Shown: positions 1 through 10,940, counted from the first letter of the whole stretch. The stretch: 64,000 bases of DNA, filler included, from Piptocephalis cylindrospora (GCA_003614145.1; 5 parts of 5 records of this genome joined end to end with filler, not necessarily neighbours in it); one strand, 5' to 3'. Translations and numbers: made by a program. Notes: a model not told the origin generated them from the letters alone.

Positions 1-451
1 GGGGCTGCCACCACCGCCCCTCTCATCTTGAGTGCGGGAGAGCTCGATCCTGGACTTGGCGGCGGGATGAGCCACCTCGACCTCACGCAGAATGGCATTT
101 CCATCATTGGTCAGGACGATGCCGCCCATGGGGTCTAGAAGCATCTTTAGCATGGAACGGGGACCCAGGCAAGTACGGATGACATCAGCGACGGTCTAGA
201 CGGGGGAGGGAAAAGCGTGAGTGGGGATTGCGGCGATGTTGAGGTGGAGAAAATAGCTTACCTTGGCGGCGGTGATGTTGGAAATCTGGGCCTTACGACC
301 AGTCTCTCTCTCCGTGTTGGTGTCTAATGAAGGTGGGGATCAAGATGGAAGGACTGAGTCAGTGGGGGGTTGGATGGAAGAGTATAAACTCTCGAGGGAT
401 CAGGGATCAAGACTCACTCATGACAACAATAGGCTGCTGTGGTTGCATCAT
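1..451 (-). CDS. CCT3: T-complex protein 1 subunit gamma (CCT3), 5' part; exons 451-418, 323-262, 195-1
   Basis: Manual splicing (GTGAGT..TAG; GTAAGC..TAG) gives MMQPQQPIVVMNTNTERETGRKAQISNITAAKTVADVIRTCLGPRSMLKMLLDPMGGIVLTNDGNAILREVEVAHPAAKS, the typical CCT-gamma N-terminus. Runs off the window edge. Confidence 0.93.
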
Positions 452-892
452 CTTGGGCAAAAAGGAGGATGTGATGGACTGATCAGGGGAGAGGTAATGA
501 GAGAGCGGGAGGAGGAGATGGAGAGGATGGGATGGGATGGGAAGGAGATGGGGAAGAGTGAGGAGCGGGTAAGGGAAAAGGATCGCGTCGGAGAGAGAGA
601 GTGGAAGGGGGAGGGGCTTTGGAGGGGTGAGGCTTGGTAGAGCGGTGCTGTTCGTCTGTGGATGTGAGGAGCGGGGAGGAGGAGGGGCCCTTCTTTACAC
701 GCTCATCCCTTTTCCTCCCAAGTACACCTTGAGAGGAGTGGGAGACAGTACTCAAGACTGTGCAGTGGGGACCTCCACGAAGGTACTGGACACATGCTGT
801 GATAGCGAGACAACAGCGGTGATTGAAAACATAAGTAGCGAAAATCAATTTTTTCCCCTTTTCCTAAAGCGTGCACACATTTTTAAATCCTA

Positions 893-918
893 ATACATTT
901 CGCTATTTACTACTACTA
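893..918 (-). repeat. Dispersed motif TAGTAGTAGTAAA(T/C)AGCGAAATGT, copy 1
   Basis: Reverse complement matches 3673-3698 at 25/26 nt; a third copy lies at 33184-33207. Confidence 0.8.
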
Positions 919-1035
919 AATTCCAGAGATTTGGAAACTTTCTCCACAGTATCGTCACCTCTTCCTCGTCCTTCCTTTCATCTAATGATGATACGGGTAG
1001 GATCAAAGATCCTGGGAAGTCGGGCATTCAAGGAA

Positions 1036-2949
1036 TCAATGTCTTATGATCTCCTCTTTTTCAGAACGTCTTGGACACACAGGAGAGGTTCCATGGAGCA
1101 AACGGGGTTGAACCATGCATAAAGTGTCTTGATGAAGGGACCATAGTAAGGATTGAATTTTTGGAGGTAGTACCGGATGGAAGGTTCCTGAAAGTAATTG
1201 TAGTCGTCGCATCAGATGTTCGTGTTCGATCACCGTGACTGCGGGATTCTGACCGTCTCCCCACACTAGGTTCACGCGAATCGGGGCTGGCTCCGACGTC
1301 AAATCACGTCTATATGGTAAAGTAGGGCACTGCGACCACCCTCGTGTCCTCTCAGTAAGGATGAGCACTGGGTCGTAGCTTACATCCATTGTGCTCACTG
1401 CCCCGTCGCGCAAAGCGATAGCCTGGTGGGAGCCACCGCCTATCGTGACCATCCGGGCCCGTACGTCCCTGTAACCCAACGTTGAACACATATTGCTCTT
1501 TCGGCTGGCCGTCGAACACACCACCTCCCACGGGCCTACGAGGTAGGGAGAGAGAGCTATGCCTGCATCTGTCTTGCTTAGAAACCATGTAAAGACGACG
1601 CCGATGGTAGCTGCGGCACAGAGAACGAAAAGCCATCCTGGCACCTCTCCACCCTTTACCACTACCCCCACCCTAAAACGAGGCTGGGCTCCTAATCCGG
1701 CGGCTAGATGCACAAGTTGAGTCTCTATGTGCACACGGAGCTGCGTTACCGCCGCCAAGTTCTTTGGAAGGGCCCCGTACTCTGGTGTCCAGGACGTAGC
1801 TGTATGAATAGTAGAGTACGCTGACCTTACCCCCTCACTCGAGGGCGGCGTGAACAAAGATCCGGCATCGCGGATCCATCTTAGTTCACGATGGTGGAAT
1901 AGCACCGCTCCACCCTCTTTGGGAATGTACGCAACGAGAACTTCCAGTTCTAAAGCACCATCAACACCATTCCCTTCGTAAAAGAGCATGAGATTGCTAG
2001 ATCCATCATTCCGCGCAAACCTTAGCCTCATGATAGCATCCACCGCATGACATGTCGCGTTCACGTTTAGCCAGGTGCCTCCTGATGCGAGAGCAGGCCT
2101 ACAGAGATCGCCTGCGACTCCGGTGTAGTACTCGTACGTTAATAACCGCGTCACCACTCCAAACGTCGTTCCCTTGTAGAAGATGCTCGATCCCACGGAC
2201 GACTTTGCTTGTGAGATAAACCCGATGGGGTTCGGGTAAAGCTCACCGCTCTCGCTATTGCACGTATCACACAGCCCGGAATGCAACGTCGGGGCTCCCC
2301 TTAACGACGATATGACCAAAGATATGGCGGCGGAACTTGTTAGTGGCCCTGAGATTATCATCGAGGTGTTCGTATTGTAGATCCGCCCGGAAGCGGTGGT
2401 ACCGTATAATTTCGGGAGTAAATCCAGCGCTTCAAGTCTTTCACCCAGAGTCTGGTACCCACCAAAGGGTAAGTACTCGTTTGGACCTAAATTGCGCGTT
2501 TTAGGTAGTGCCGCTTCTTTCACACCCACCAAATTCGCGGCGACAGCGGCGCCCCAATCCACACCACATTCATACACAGTTGGCGTCCAACCACACACTA
2601 CCGGGAGCGATGGGGTCGTGGCACCGTCAGAGAGGAGGACTCCAGAACCCTCGACGATGCCGTACGAACTTGGATAGTTTGCTACCAGCAGAGTTGGCAT
2701 TAGATCTATTAAGAGGCCGACACTCACCACGGTGGCAGCCAGGACTGTTATGCCTCCCACCTCGAGTGCTCCCAGGCCCTGGAACGGGGTTGTTATTGCA
2801 TCCTTTCGGCCCGATGTAACTGAAAACAATAAGCCGATCGGGAGCCGAAATATGTAGAACGAGACACCTAAGAGAGAGCCCCAAGCTGCGCCGAGGAGAA
2901 CTCGAGCGCACGAGAATAGTAGGATTTGATGAGTTTGTTCCAACCACAT
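1036..2949 (-). CDS. Orphan 637-aa membrane protein (2-3 N-terminal hydrophobic segments, large Cys-containing ectodomain, C-terminal TM)
   Basis: Long intronless ORF with hydrophobic stretches near the N-terminus and at WLFVLCAAATIGVVFTWFL, plus N-glycosylation sequons (NTS, NAT). No family recognised; start uncertain. Confidence 0.6.
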   Translation of the reverse strand: MWLEQTHQILLFSCARVLLGAAWGSLLGVSFYIFRLPIGLLFSVTSGRKDAITTPFQGLGALEVGGITVLAATVVSVGLLIDLMPTLLVANYPSSYGIVEGSGVLLSDGATTPSLPVVCGWTPTVYECGVDWGAAVAANLVGVKEAALPKTRNLGPNEYLPFGGYQTLGERLEALDLLPKLYGTTASGRIYNTNTSMIISGPLTSSAAISLVISSLRGAPTLHSGLCDTCNSESGELYPNPIGFISQAKSSVGSSIFYKGTTFGVVTRLLTYEYYTGVAGDLCRPALASGGTWLNVNATCHAVDAIMRLRFARNDGSSNLMLFYEGNGVDGALELEVLVAYIPKEGGAVLFHHRELRWIRDAGSLFTPPSSEGVRSAYSTIHTATSWTPEYGALPKNLAAVTQLRVHIETQLVHLAAGLGAQPRFRVGVVVKGGEVPGWLFVLCAAATIGVVFTWFLSKTDAGIALSPYLVGPWEVVCSTASRKSNMCSTLGYRDVRARMVTIGGGSHQAIALRDGAVSTMDVSYDPVLILTERTRGWSQCPTLPYRRDLTSEPAPIRVNLVWGDGQNPAVTVIEHEHLMRRLQLLSGTFHPVLPPKIQSLLWSLHQDTLCMVQPRLLHGTSPVCPRRSEKEEIIRH

Positions 2950-3226
2950 GCAGTGTTATTAGAAGCCCAACCGAGGTCAAGTGGATTATGCGAGATATTG
3001 AACTAGGTGAGAGGGTGAACGCGAGAACTGAGGTAAGCAATTGACCGAGGAGCAAGCTGTTCGTTATTTATTCTCGGCGATTGAAAGTGAGAATAGGGAA
3101 AACTGACAGACACTGCATACTGTTGGTAGCATCTACTATGCGCAAAGAAGGGTTGACTCTGACTTTGTCCTTTCCTCAACCATGTACTACATAGGGCAAG
3201 GCCATTCTTGAACCCCATACAACCTT

Positions 3227-3296
3227 ATCCCTATTCTACGTGGAAACCTCAGCCCGATCCCTATTCTACGTGGAAATTTCGGACCATTCCCTATTC
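3227..3296 (+). repeat. 30-bp tandem repeat, about 2.3 copies (ATCCCTATTCTACGTGGAAA...)
   Basis: ATCCCTATTCTACGTGGAAA at 3227 and 3257, partial third copy near 3286. Confidence 0.8.
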
Positions 3297-3672
3297 AAGT
3301 GCTTCAAGCCTCCGCCCCTTGAACCACCTTGCCTTCTTCATAAAGCTCATATTCTTCCTCCATCTTTGCCTCCCTTTACTCGGGTCCATGAGCCTCCTTC
3401 AATCCCTTTTACATCGGTCTCAAGAATACACGTTCTATTTTCCCTCCATTTTTTTCTGTCTCTCCTTCCTCTTCAACCTCCTTGATTAAGATACCCCTTT
3501 TTAAGGGTTGATTTCCAGTTAAAAATACGCCCTCAAGTCCTAGTTTGCCGATTCAAGATCTCCCGAGATAAAGTCAAAGTCTAATTAAGGTCCCTGGGTC
3601 CGAATCCTAAACTCTCCAAATCCCCTCTTGAGATTTACATCTCTATTTCCGACACAACGATACCAATAGCAG

Positions 3673-3698
3673 TAGTAGTAGTAAACAGCGAAATGTAT
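3673..3698 (+). repeat. Dispersed motif TAGTAGTAGTAAACAGCGAAATGT, copy 2
   Basis: Inverted relative to 893-918; same orientation as 33184-33207. Confidence 0.8.
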
Positions 3699-3734
3699 GG
3701 GAAAACTACAATCTTCCCTTTTTCCTAAAAGTCT

Positions 3735-4252
3735 TCACATATTCATCTCAAAAGGATTCAGAAATTTCACAAAATCGTCGCTTCCTCCATGTGTTCCCCT
3801 TTCAATGGCCTTCAATTCCTGCAAATTTTCAACAATGCTTGTCTCCAAGTATTTCCCTACACCCCTTTGACTTCCATCCTTGGACCTTTCTTCTCCCGGC
3901 TCCTCAAGATACTGGCGCTCTCTATGGGCCTTTTTTCCCTGACTCTGACCTCCTCCTCGGTGTGTGTTTGTGATATGGTCCACGCTGTGGATTCCCCAAA
4001 AATGGGGTGATTCCGGCGGGCCACTGTGTCAGATTGCAATACATTATATACCTCTTTCCCCTTTCAATGGCCGTCCTCCTCTTGGCCCTCATCAGCGCCG
4101 AGCACGATACCGATAGTAAACCTGACATCGGTAAGTGATAATATGTTTTTATAGCGAGTTTTTAAAATCTTTTTTGGGATTAACTTGCGAAAACTTTGCA
4201 GTAAAAGGGAGGGTTTGCGATTTCCCCATATATTTTTTATACAACCAATCAT
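3735..4252 (-). pseudogene. Possible decayed gene remnant
   Basis: Short ORFs 4252-4064 and 4039-3857 share a frame and are separated by a single TGA; charged, coding-like text; no recognisable family. Confidence 0.25.
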
Positions 4253-4631
4253 TCGTACCTATGGAGACCGTATAAGGAACCCCCCCCTCCGTGTATCAAG
4301 GGCACACATGTCAGGGCGTGGTCGGCTTGGCTGGTTGTAGCTGAGAGCAGGGAAGCAAGACAACAAGTGTGGGAGAGAAGCTGACTCATAAGCTGTATCC
4401 CCAGCACAGTCTGGGCCCCCCTCCCATACTTGAGGATCTGGATAGGGGGAGATGGACAAACTGTATCATTATATCACTTAACACAGATAGGCAAGTCTCG
4501 TCCCGAATATGGGGCGCTCATCAATGGGATCTTTTGCCAGCCATAAGGATATAAAAAGAGGGGAATCTAGGAGGACTTGCTACGCCCACAATTCGACCGG
4601 AGTCTGCCTTTTCATCTTGCACTCCTTCACT

Positions 4632-5476
4632 ATGGCCCCTCAAATTACCAGTATTCTCTTTGACAATGACGGCCTCTTGCTGGTAAGCGATGGCAGGGTC
4701 CTGTACCTCCCTCCTCTCCCCCTTTCCTTTCACCCGTCCTCTAACTCCTATCCCTCTATCTGTTAGAATACGGAGCATTTGTACACCGAGATCTCGCGTA
4801 AGTTTCCTTTCCTTTTTGCCCTGCCCTGCTTTGCCCCTCCCTTCCCTAACGACACTCTAATTTTATTGCAGAGGCTATCCTGACGCCATATGGAAAGGAA
4901 TTCACTTGGGATATCAAGGTCAAGATGATGGGAAGGACTGAGAGGGAGGGTGCCACCATCCTTTTGGAGCACCTGAAGATTCCCATGACTGTGGATGAGT
5001 ACATTGACAAGAAGAGAGAGATCCAATGGGACTTTTTTGCAAAGTCCGAGTTTTTGCCCGGGGCCCAGCGACTGTTGAAGCATCTGATCCGACACAAAGT
5101 GCCAATGTGCGTGGCCACGGGTTCGGATAAGAAGGCCTTTGAGCACAAGACCCTCCGGCATCAGCATGTCTACTCGGCCTTTGGCGACCGTGTTGTGTGT
5201 GGGGATGATCCGGCGGTGAAGAAGGGCAAGCCATCTCCAGACATCTTCCTCGAGGCTGCTCGACGCATCGATGCTGATCCCGCTACCACTCTGGTCTTTG
5301 AGGATTCGGCCAACGGGGTGGCCGCTGCAAGGGCTGCCGGTATGTCCGTCGTCTGGATCCCTGATCCAAGGACCGATCAGACTGCCACGGACGCCACCGA
5401 AGTCCTTGCTTCCCTTGAGGACTTCAAGCCCGAAAAGTACGGGCTTGCTCCCTTTGCTGCAGAGGACGAGGAGTAG
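4632..5476 (+). CDS. HDHD1: HAD-superfamily phosphatase, pseudouridine-5'-phosphatase/HDHD1(GS1)-like; exons 4632-4682, 4767-4797, 4872-5476
   Basis: Spliced MAPQITSILFDNDGLLL-NTEHLYTEIS-QAILTPYGKEFTWDIKVKMMG; HAD motifs FDxDG, VATGS, GKPSPDIF, VFEDSANG; C-terminal FKPEKYGL typical of HDHD1. Confidence 0.9.
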
Positions 5477-5619
5477 CGAGGGGTGATGATTTGACTGTTC
5501 TCGTGGAGAGGTGAGAAAAAGAAGTAACGTAAGAATAGAGAGAGAGAAAGAGAGAGTATAATCAAGCAGGGATAAATTAAGTAGAGTACACAAATGTCGG
5601 GGAGGGAGACATGTGGAAG

Positions 5620-6924
5620 TCATGGATAGCCCCGGGCACGGTAATGGTAGATGGGCTCCATCATAGGGTCGAAGCCGTAGGCGATACCCCCCTGCATGAA
5701 AAAGGCGATCACCAGACCAGCACACACCTGGCTAGCGGGTTCGGGAAAACGGGTGAAGAAAGCAAAGAGGTAGAAAATCTGCCAGTGATGTAAATGAACC
5801 CGGAAACCCAGGAGCATGGAGGCTGTCCCATCGATGACACTGGGCAAGGCCCTCGTGGTCTGCTGAGGGATAGGGGTGGAGGGGACAGAGAGGTGTTTTC
5901 CTCGTCCACCGCCCCGACGGCTCCTTCTCTCCTCCTCCCGAGCATCTGGGACGCTATTGAGCCCCACAACATTCTCGTCTCTTTCCTCCTCAAGACTGGG
6001 AATGGTGGATGGAGTAGGCGATGAGGATTTCAGTGAAGGGCCAGGTGGGGCTCTTCCCCCCCGGAAGGCTACTCCTTCCTCTACACTCTGTCGCACACGT
6101 AGACCTGGGCTGGAGTGAGGTTTCTGGCTCTCTAATCTTCTGGGTTCCCCTGACACATCACTGGGAGGAGGGGAGGAGGAGGAGGAGGAGGAGGACGTAG
6201 GGTGGGCAGAGGCCTTCGGGGAGGACCCCTCCATATCCTCATCCCCTCCTCTTGGTACCATGGTAGCTGATTCGTCTGGATGAGCGGACGTGGTAGATCC
6301 TGAGCTCGATGACGAGGAAGAGGAGGAGTCTGCGATGGATGGAGGTGCCAGTCGAGTCTGAAGCAATTTCTGCCTCTGCTCCCGTCTCTGCCGGTAATCC
6401 AGGGCAACCAGGACAGCGCCGATCGACGGGAGCAGCAGCCCCACAATCAACCCCACCACGTACCATGGCCAGAGGATGTCCGCGCGGGCAGCCAGGTAAA
6501 AGTGGTAGCCGGCTCCAGCAAGGATTAGGAGAGTAGCCCCAGCCATGAAGGTCCGGGTAGCCCAGGACCAACCTCGAAACCCTGGGAGACTTACCCGGAG
6601 AAAGGGTACCTCCACAAGCACCCCGTACAAGACAAGTCCCGAGGCATAGGCTACTCCGGTGATCCATCCCACGGTCCGGTCATAGTCTCCAAAGGTGAAG
6701 AGGATGAGGATGTACGCTGCGGCTTGAACCATATCGGTGTAATGGTCCGCCAGGGTCTTATCCTTGTGTTCCCATCCCAAGCGACAGGCTGCTACATAGT
6801 AGATGATGTACGAGGCGAGGATGGCAGCCAAGCAATACAAGAAGCTACTTAGGCGGAAGGAGATGAAGGAGGGACCTGGGTTTTGGATGGCCAGACATCC
6901 CGAGATAAACAGGTCCTCATCCAT
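5620..6924 (-). CDS. Polytopic membrane protein of unknown function with C-terminal HLHHWQ motif
   Basis: 434-aa intronless ORF: about 5 TM segments, a Ser/Pro-rich disordered loop, then HLHHWQIFYLFAFFTRF...FMQGGIAYGFDPM. Confidence 0.8.
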   Translation of the reverse strand: MDEDLFISGCLAIQNPGPSFISFRLSSFLYCLAAILASYIIYYVAACRLGWEHKDKTLADHYTDMVQAAAYILILFTFGDYDRTVGWITGVAYASGLVLYGVLVEVPFLRVSLPGFRGWSWATRTFMAGATLLILAGAGYHFYLAARADILWPWYVVGLIVGLLLPSIGAVLVALDYRQRREQRQKLLQTRLAPPSIADSSSSSSSSSGSTTSAHPDESATMVPRGGDEDMEGSSPKASAHPTSSSSSSSSPPPSDVSGEPRRLESQKPHSSPGLRVRQSVEEGVAFRGGRAPPGPSLKSSSPTPSTIPSLEEERDENVVGLNSVPDAREEERRSRRGGGRGKHLSVPSTPIPQQTTRALPSVIDGTASMLLGFRVHLHHWQIFYLFAFFTRFPEPASQVCAGLVIAFFMQGGIAYGFDPMMEPIYHYRARGYP

Positions 6925-7608
6925 TCCCAGTCTGTTTCAACGATGTTGTGATGTGGGAAAGGAAAGGAAAGGAAAAGGAGAGAGGATGGGACGGGATAGA
7001 ATGGGATGGGATGGGATGTGATAGGATGGGATGGGATAAGATGGGGAGTCAAAAGGAACAATGTGAAATGAATAGACAACTCTGTCAGTTTTCTCTCCCC
7101 TTCTTGTCAGCTTGAGCTGATTGAAACGAGGTGGCAAATCCATGAGATGAGAGCATAGCAACTCATCTGATGACATTTTCGTCTGTCTCGAACCCTGCTG
7201 AGTATAGTATATGATGGGAAGGGGGATGGTGGCTAATCGTATCAAGTGTGGTGCATCGCTGTATTAGGATCGACGGCCCGTTTGGCCCCTCCATTTGGCC
7301 TGACATGCGCGCACGCACATAACTTGAGATGGTGTGTGTGATGGCCCCTCATCATCGCACAGTCTAGACTTGAGCTTGGTCAAGGCTGGATCCGAGTACT
7401 GAACTGGGTGGATCCGGGTGGGCTGGGTTTCAATCCGGGTTGAGTCGTTTATAATAATACTAAAAGGCAATGTGTAATGATGAGAAGGGTGAGGAGGCAG
7501 GGCTGGTGTTTCACTGACATTTACCCATGGTCATCTCTTGCCTTAGCATCTCCCAGTCCGTCTCACCTCATCCTTTATCCCCTCCCGTGCCATCACGTCT
7601 CCAATAAT

Positions 7609-8692
7609 ATGTCATTGTCAAGTTTGGCCAAGAGAATGGCCTCCAGTTCGAAGTGCATTGCTACGCAGGCTCGAGGGGGTATGGGCCTTGCCTCCCGGTC
7701 AGGCCTAATCCTTCCCAGTGGACGAGCCTTGTCCACCTTCAGAGTCTTAGCTCAAGCCCAGCCCTCCTCATCCTCATCCGGCGAGCAAAGCCCGTCCTCC
7801 AACGAGAAAGAGCCTTTTCGTAAGTGGGGCCTTGCTGCCTTGTTGATATGCACCCTAATCTAACCTCGTCTTGCCTCGTCTCTGCCAACCCAAGCTATCC
7901 TTGTCGGACCCCCCCCCCTCCCCCCTACCGGACACGAGGTATGGAATACTTCCAAAGGAAAAGAGGCCGGCCATCTTTCCATTTACCCTTTTCCATGGAT
8001 TTGCTGAAAATATTGCCTCTTCTCTCCTGGCTTCCCAGACGTCCCTGGAGTACTTTCCTGATCAACTACTCGTGGGGTCCTCGTATGCGGCCGAAAGGGT
8101 GGTAGAGGCGATAGCCAAGGAGGACCGTGCCTTTATGAAACGAGTCATGACTGAAGAACTGTATGATCGCCTAACGAAAGCCATGGATCGGGAGGCATCC
8201 AAGGCCTCATCATCCTCCTCCTCTCCCCTTCAGACCCTCTCCTATCACTCCATTAAAGATGCTCAGGTCCGAGATGTCTGGGTCCAAATGGGAGGTACCT
8301 CACAGGCCAGGAGTAAGGAGCTTGTCCCCTACCAGCTCTTCACCCTCTCCTCCTACGTCCGTCCTAAGGAGGGATTCTTCTCCCTGCCTGGTACCTTCTT
8401 CAACGCCATGGATTCAGGAATTCATTTCGATATTGATGTGGAAATTTCTGGCCTACTGCAGTACCAAGACATCAAGAAACCCCGTAAGAGCGTCTGGCGC
8501 TTTACCTCCCCCCATTTCCCCTCCCCCAAGGAGGTGCGCAAGGCGTGGAACCCCGTCACTGGAGGCTCTTGGCAATGGGTGGTTAGTGATATTGAGGGCA
8601 TCATGGAAACTGAGAAATTTGAGGCTCAAATGCGTCGAGCCCGGGAGAGTATGTCCTCTCAAGAAGACAACGGCGCAAAAAAAGACGATTAG
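7609..8692 (+). CDS. Mitochondrial Tim44-like/MAIP1-like protein; intron about 7820-7894
   Basis: Basic/Ser-rich presequence MSLSSLAKRMAS...; YFPDQLLVGSSYAAERVVEAIAKEDRAFMKRVMTEELY and terminal WRF...WVVSDI fit the Tim44-like fold. Splice phases do not match unless the C10 run at 7909-7918 carries an indel. Confidence 0.6.
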
Positions 8693-8707
8693 ACTCCCCC
8701 TCTCCCT

Positions 8708-8740
8708 AACCAACCAACCAACCAACCAACCAACCAACCA
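8708..8740 (+). repeat. (AACC)n microsatellite
   Basis: About 8 tandem AACC units just downstream of the stop codon. Confidence 0.9.
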
Positions 8741-9470
8741 TGGACAATATACCTTTCCCTTCTGTCCAGCTCCCTCCCTCTTTCTCTCTCCCTCCTCTTT
8801 TGTGGTTGAAGGTTGCGTATCCTTAGCCATCATCGTTCTCTTCTAACGGATAGAAACGATGCAAGATGTATTGCCCATGATCTCCACCATACATATCACT
8901 ATCATCACGCTGTCCTGCCGCCCGTTCATTATTAGGTCATCAGGCATAGAGATAGACAAGGTTTAGCCATCTAGACCTCTCTCAAAATGATAATATCCCA
9001 CTCTACTATATTTTTACCTGAAAGGAAACCAAATTTTTCTAGCTTAGCGAATATCCATTGGATATAGACACTGGGAGACCGTGACTATTGAAGGTCCGAT
9101 ACGATGTACTTTGGACTCAGTCTAGTCATGCTATTGCCCGCCTAGAGGCCAAAAATTAAAACTCAACAAACTTAGCACAAATACATTGTGACTGTTGAAA
9201 AAGTTTACCAAGGTATAAGTAATCAAGGATCTTACAAAGCTTTTACCTATCTCTTGGTCATTTCACCACCTTCTCCCTACACTCACGTTCTACAATCGAG
9301 CTCTTTCACGTCTTACCAAAGCCCTATTACCTGACCATCACCTCGGACAGCCCCTTACATCCCTAGATCTTCGAAGAGACCCTTCATCACGACCCCCTAG
9401 GCCTACGTAAGCAGTACCGCCAAGTACGTTAACTCTCTCACCGCCAAGCCAATTTGATCTTCTCGTCACG

Positions 9471-10940
9471 ATGCACGCCACTTCCCTTTACCTCCTATTC
9501 CCCCTCATTGTTGCCGTTGCCGGAGTATACACGCCGGACGGAGCCAAGGGTGGTGCCTCTTCCTCCAAATCCAGCCTTAACAAGACTCCACTCACGCAAG
9601 CAGCCCTTGAGAAGCATCAGAAAGAAACCTCCGGTAGCTTCAATTCATCCCATTCTTCTAGTGAAGGAGGTCACCAGGTTAAGAGCAAAAGACGCTCTCG
9701 GACTCCCTCCCTTGCCTCATCCACTGATTCCACACCGTCCAGTACCGATGGTAGAAACACGAACCCATCGATGACTAGGGAAGAGAAGCCAAATTATTTC
9801 CTCTCTCTGAGGGGCTCTCCGATTCACATGTCTCTGAAGGATCAGATTGACGATCCTCGGCCAGACCCATACGTACCTGTTGTCAATAACGATGACGAAA
9901 CATGGGATGGCCCTTATCACATCATCAAGGAAGGCATTACCACCTCTCATACCATTCTCAAAAAGCTGTCCAACGCGATCTTTCCTCAAAGCCGCTTGGA
10001 TACCCACGCAAAAACTCAAACCATTAAGGATGGTGTCTCTTTGATCGATCGTCTAATCCCAACCTTGACCTCTCAGTCCAATGGCCTTGAAAACCTCTGT
10101 AGATTCCTTAAGAGTAAACCCCATTCCCGACACATGCACTTGGTTGATGACCTGTTTCGTATAGACGTCTCCGAGCTGGTTTCTGCCACGATCCAGCACC
10201 TCTCCTACATTCCTAGCGAACATAAGGATGAAGATGGCTTGAAAACCCGCATGAATGCTAATGGGGCGCTTGATTATGAAAAGCTCACTCTTTTACTCCG
10301 CAGCCTCAGATCAGAGATTTCCCAGACTGTCAATCCCTCTGAGGTGGAAGTTCCCCACCAGCTCCTTCAAACTAATGTCCTCGCTTCTCTCACCCTCGTC
10401 ACTCGAGCAACCCTCCGCTTACTGGTCATCCAGCAAGTTCTCACCGTTATTACCGCTGTGGAGAAGTTGGTGGACCTGCAGGCTGATGGGGCCAAATGGC
10501 TAGGAGATTAAAATGGATTTAAGCCGGTACAACACTATACCGGCATGGTCCCCAAGCATCATCCGATCCTCCACCGAGATAACGTAGTATTTCCCGGTCA
10601 CCTTTACCCTCTTTCCGAGGAAGCCCTTAACTTCCTAACACCTGAAACGGATGGGATATATGCTTTAGTGGGCCATGCTTGAAAAAAAAGTGAAGTCGGC
10701 GACTTTTACTCTCAGTATGAAGAGTGGGCCCAGCCCTCCGAGCACGAGTCCAATCAAAATACCCATATTCTACGTCGCTTTGGACTCCTTCGGTTTAATC
10801 TTCATATTCTTCCCCATCTATTTGATAAAATCCCCGAGGCAGCCAGAGAGATAATAGGCCAGCTGTCCCGCTTCAAAGAGGCTGCTACCTCCCTGCGCAA
10901 GCAGCATAATCATCATCACGTTGTCTCCCGTAAACATTAA
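9471..10940 (+). pseudogene. Secreted orphan protein gene with two in-frame stops (TAA 10509-10511, TGA 10680-10682); 346 aa to the first stop, 489 codons to the final TAA at 10940
   Basis: Signal peptide MHATSLYLLFPLIVAVAG. The same frame continues NGFKPVQHYTGMVPKHHP...GHA*KKSEVGDFYSQYEEW...KH* with no frameshift. Confidence 0.7.

Noticed and set aside
1..60. CCT3 reads KSRIELSRTQDERGGGGSP instead of the invariant KSMIELSRTQDEEVGDGTT
   Set aside because: Substitutions cluster at the probable contig end and mostly go toward G on the coding strand, as expected of low-quality terminal consensus.
3227..3296. 30-bp repeats as a CRISPR array
   Set aside because: Tandem without unique spacers, eukaryotic context, no cas genes.
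6985..7045. (GGGAT)n tracts, also at about 527 and 52037, as telomeric or G-quadruplex elements
   Set aside because: Short simple repeats in UTRs, common in this pyrimidine/purine-skewed genome; no further support.
10680..10682. In-frame TGA as selenocysteine
   Set aside because: Preceded by an in-frame TAA, no redox motif and no SECIS recognised.
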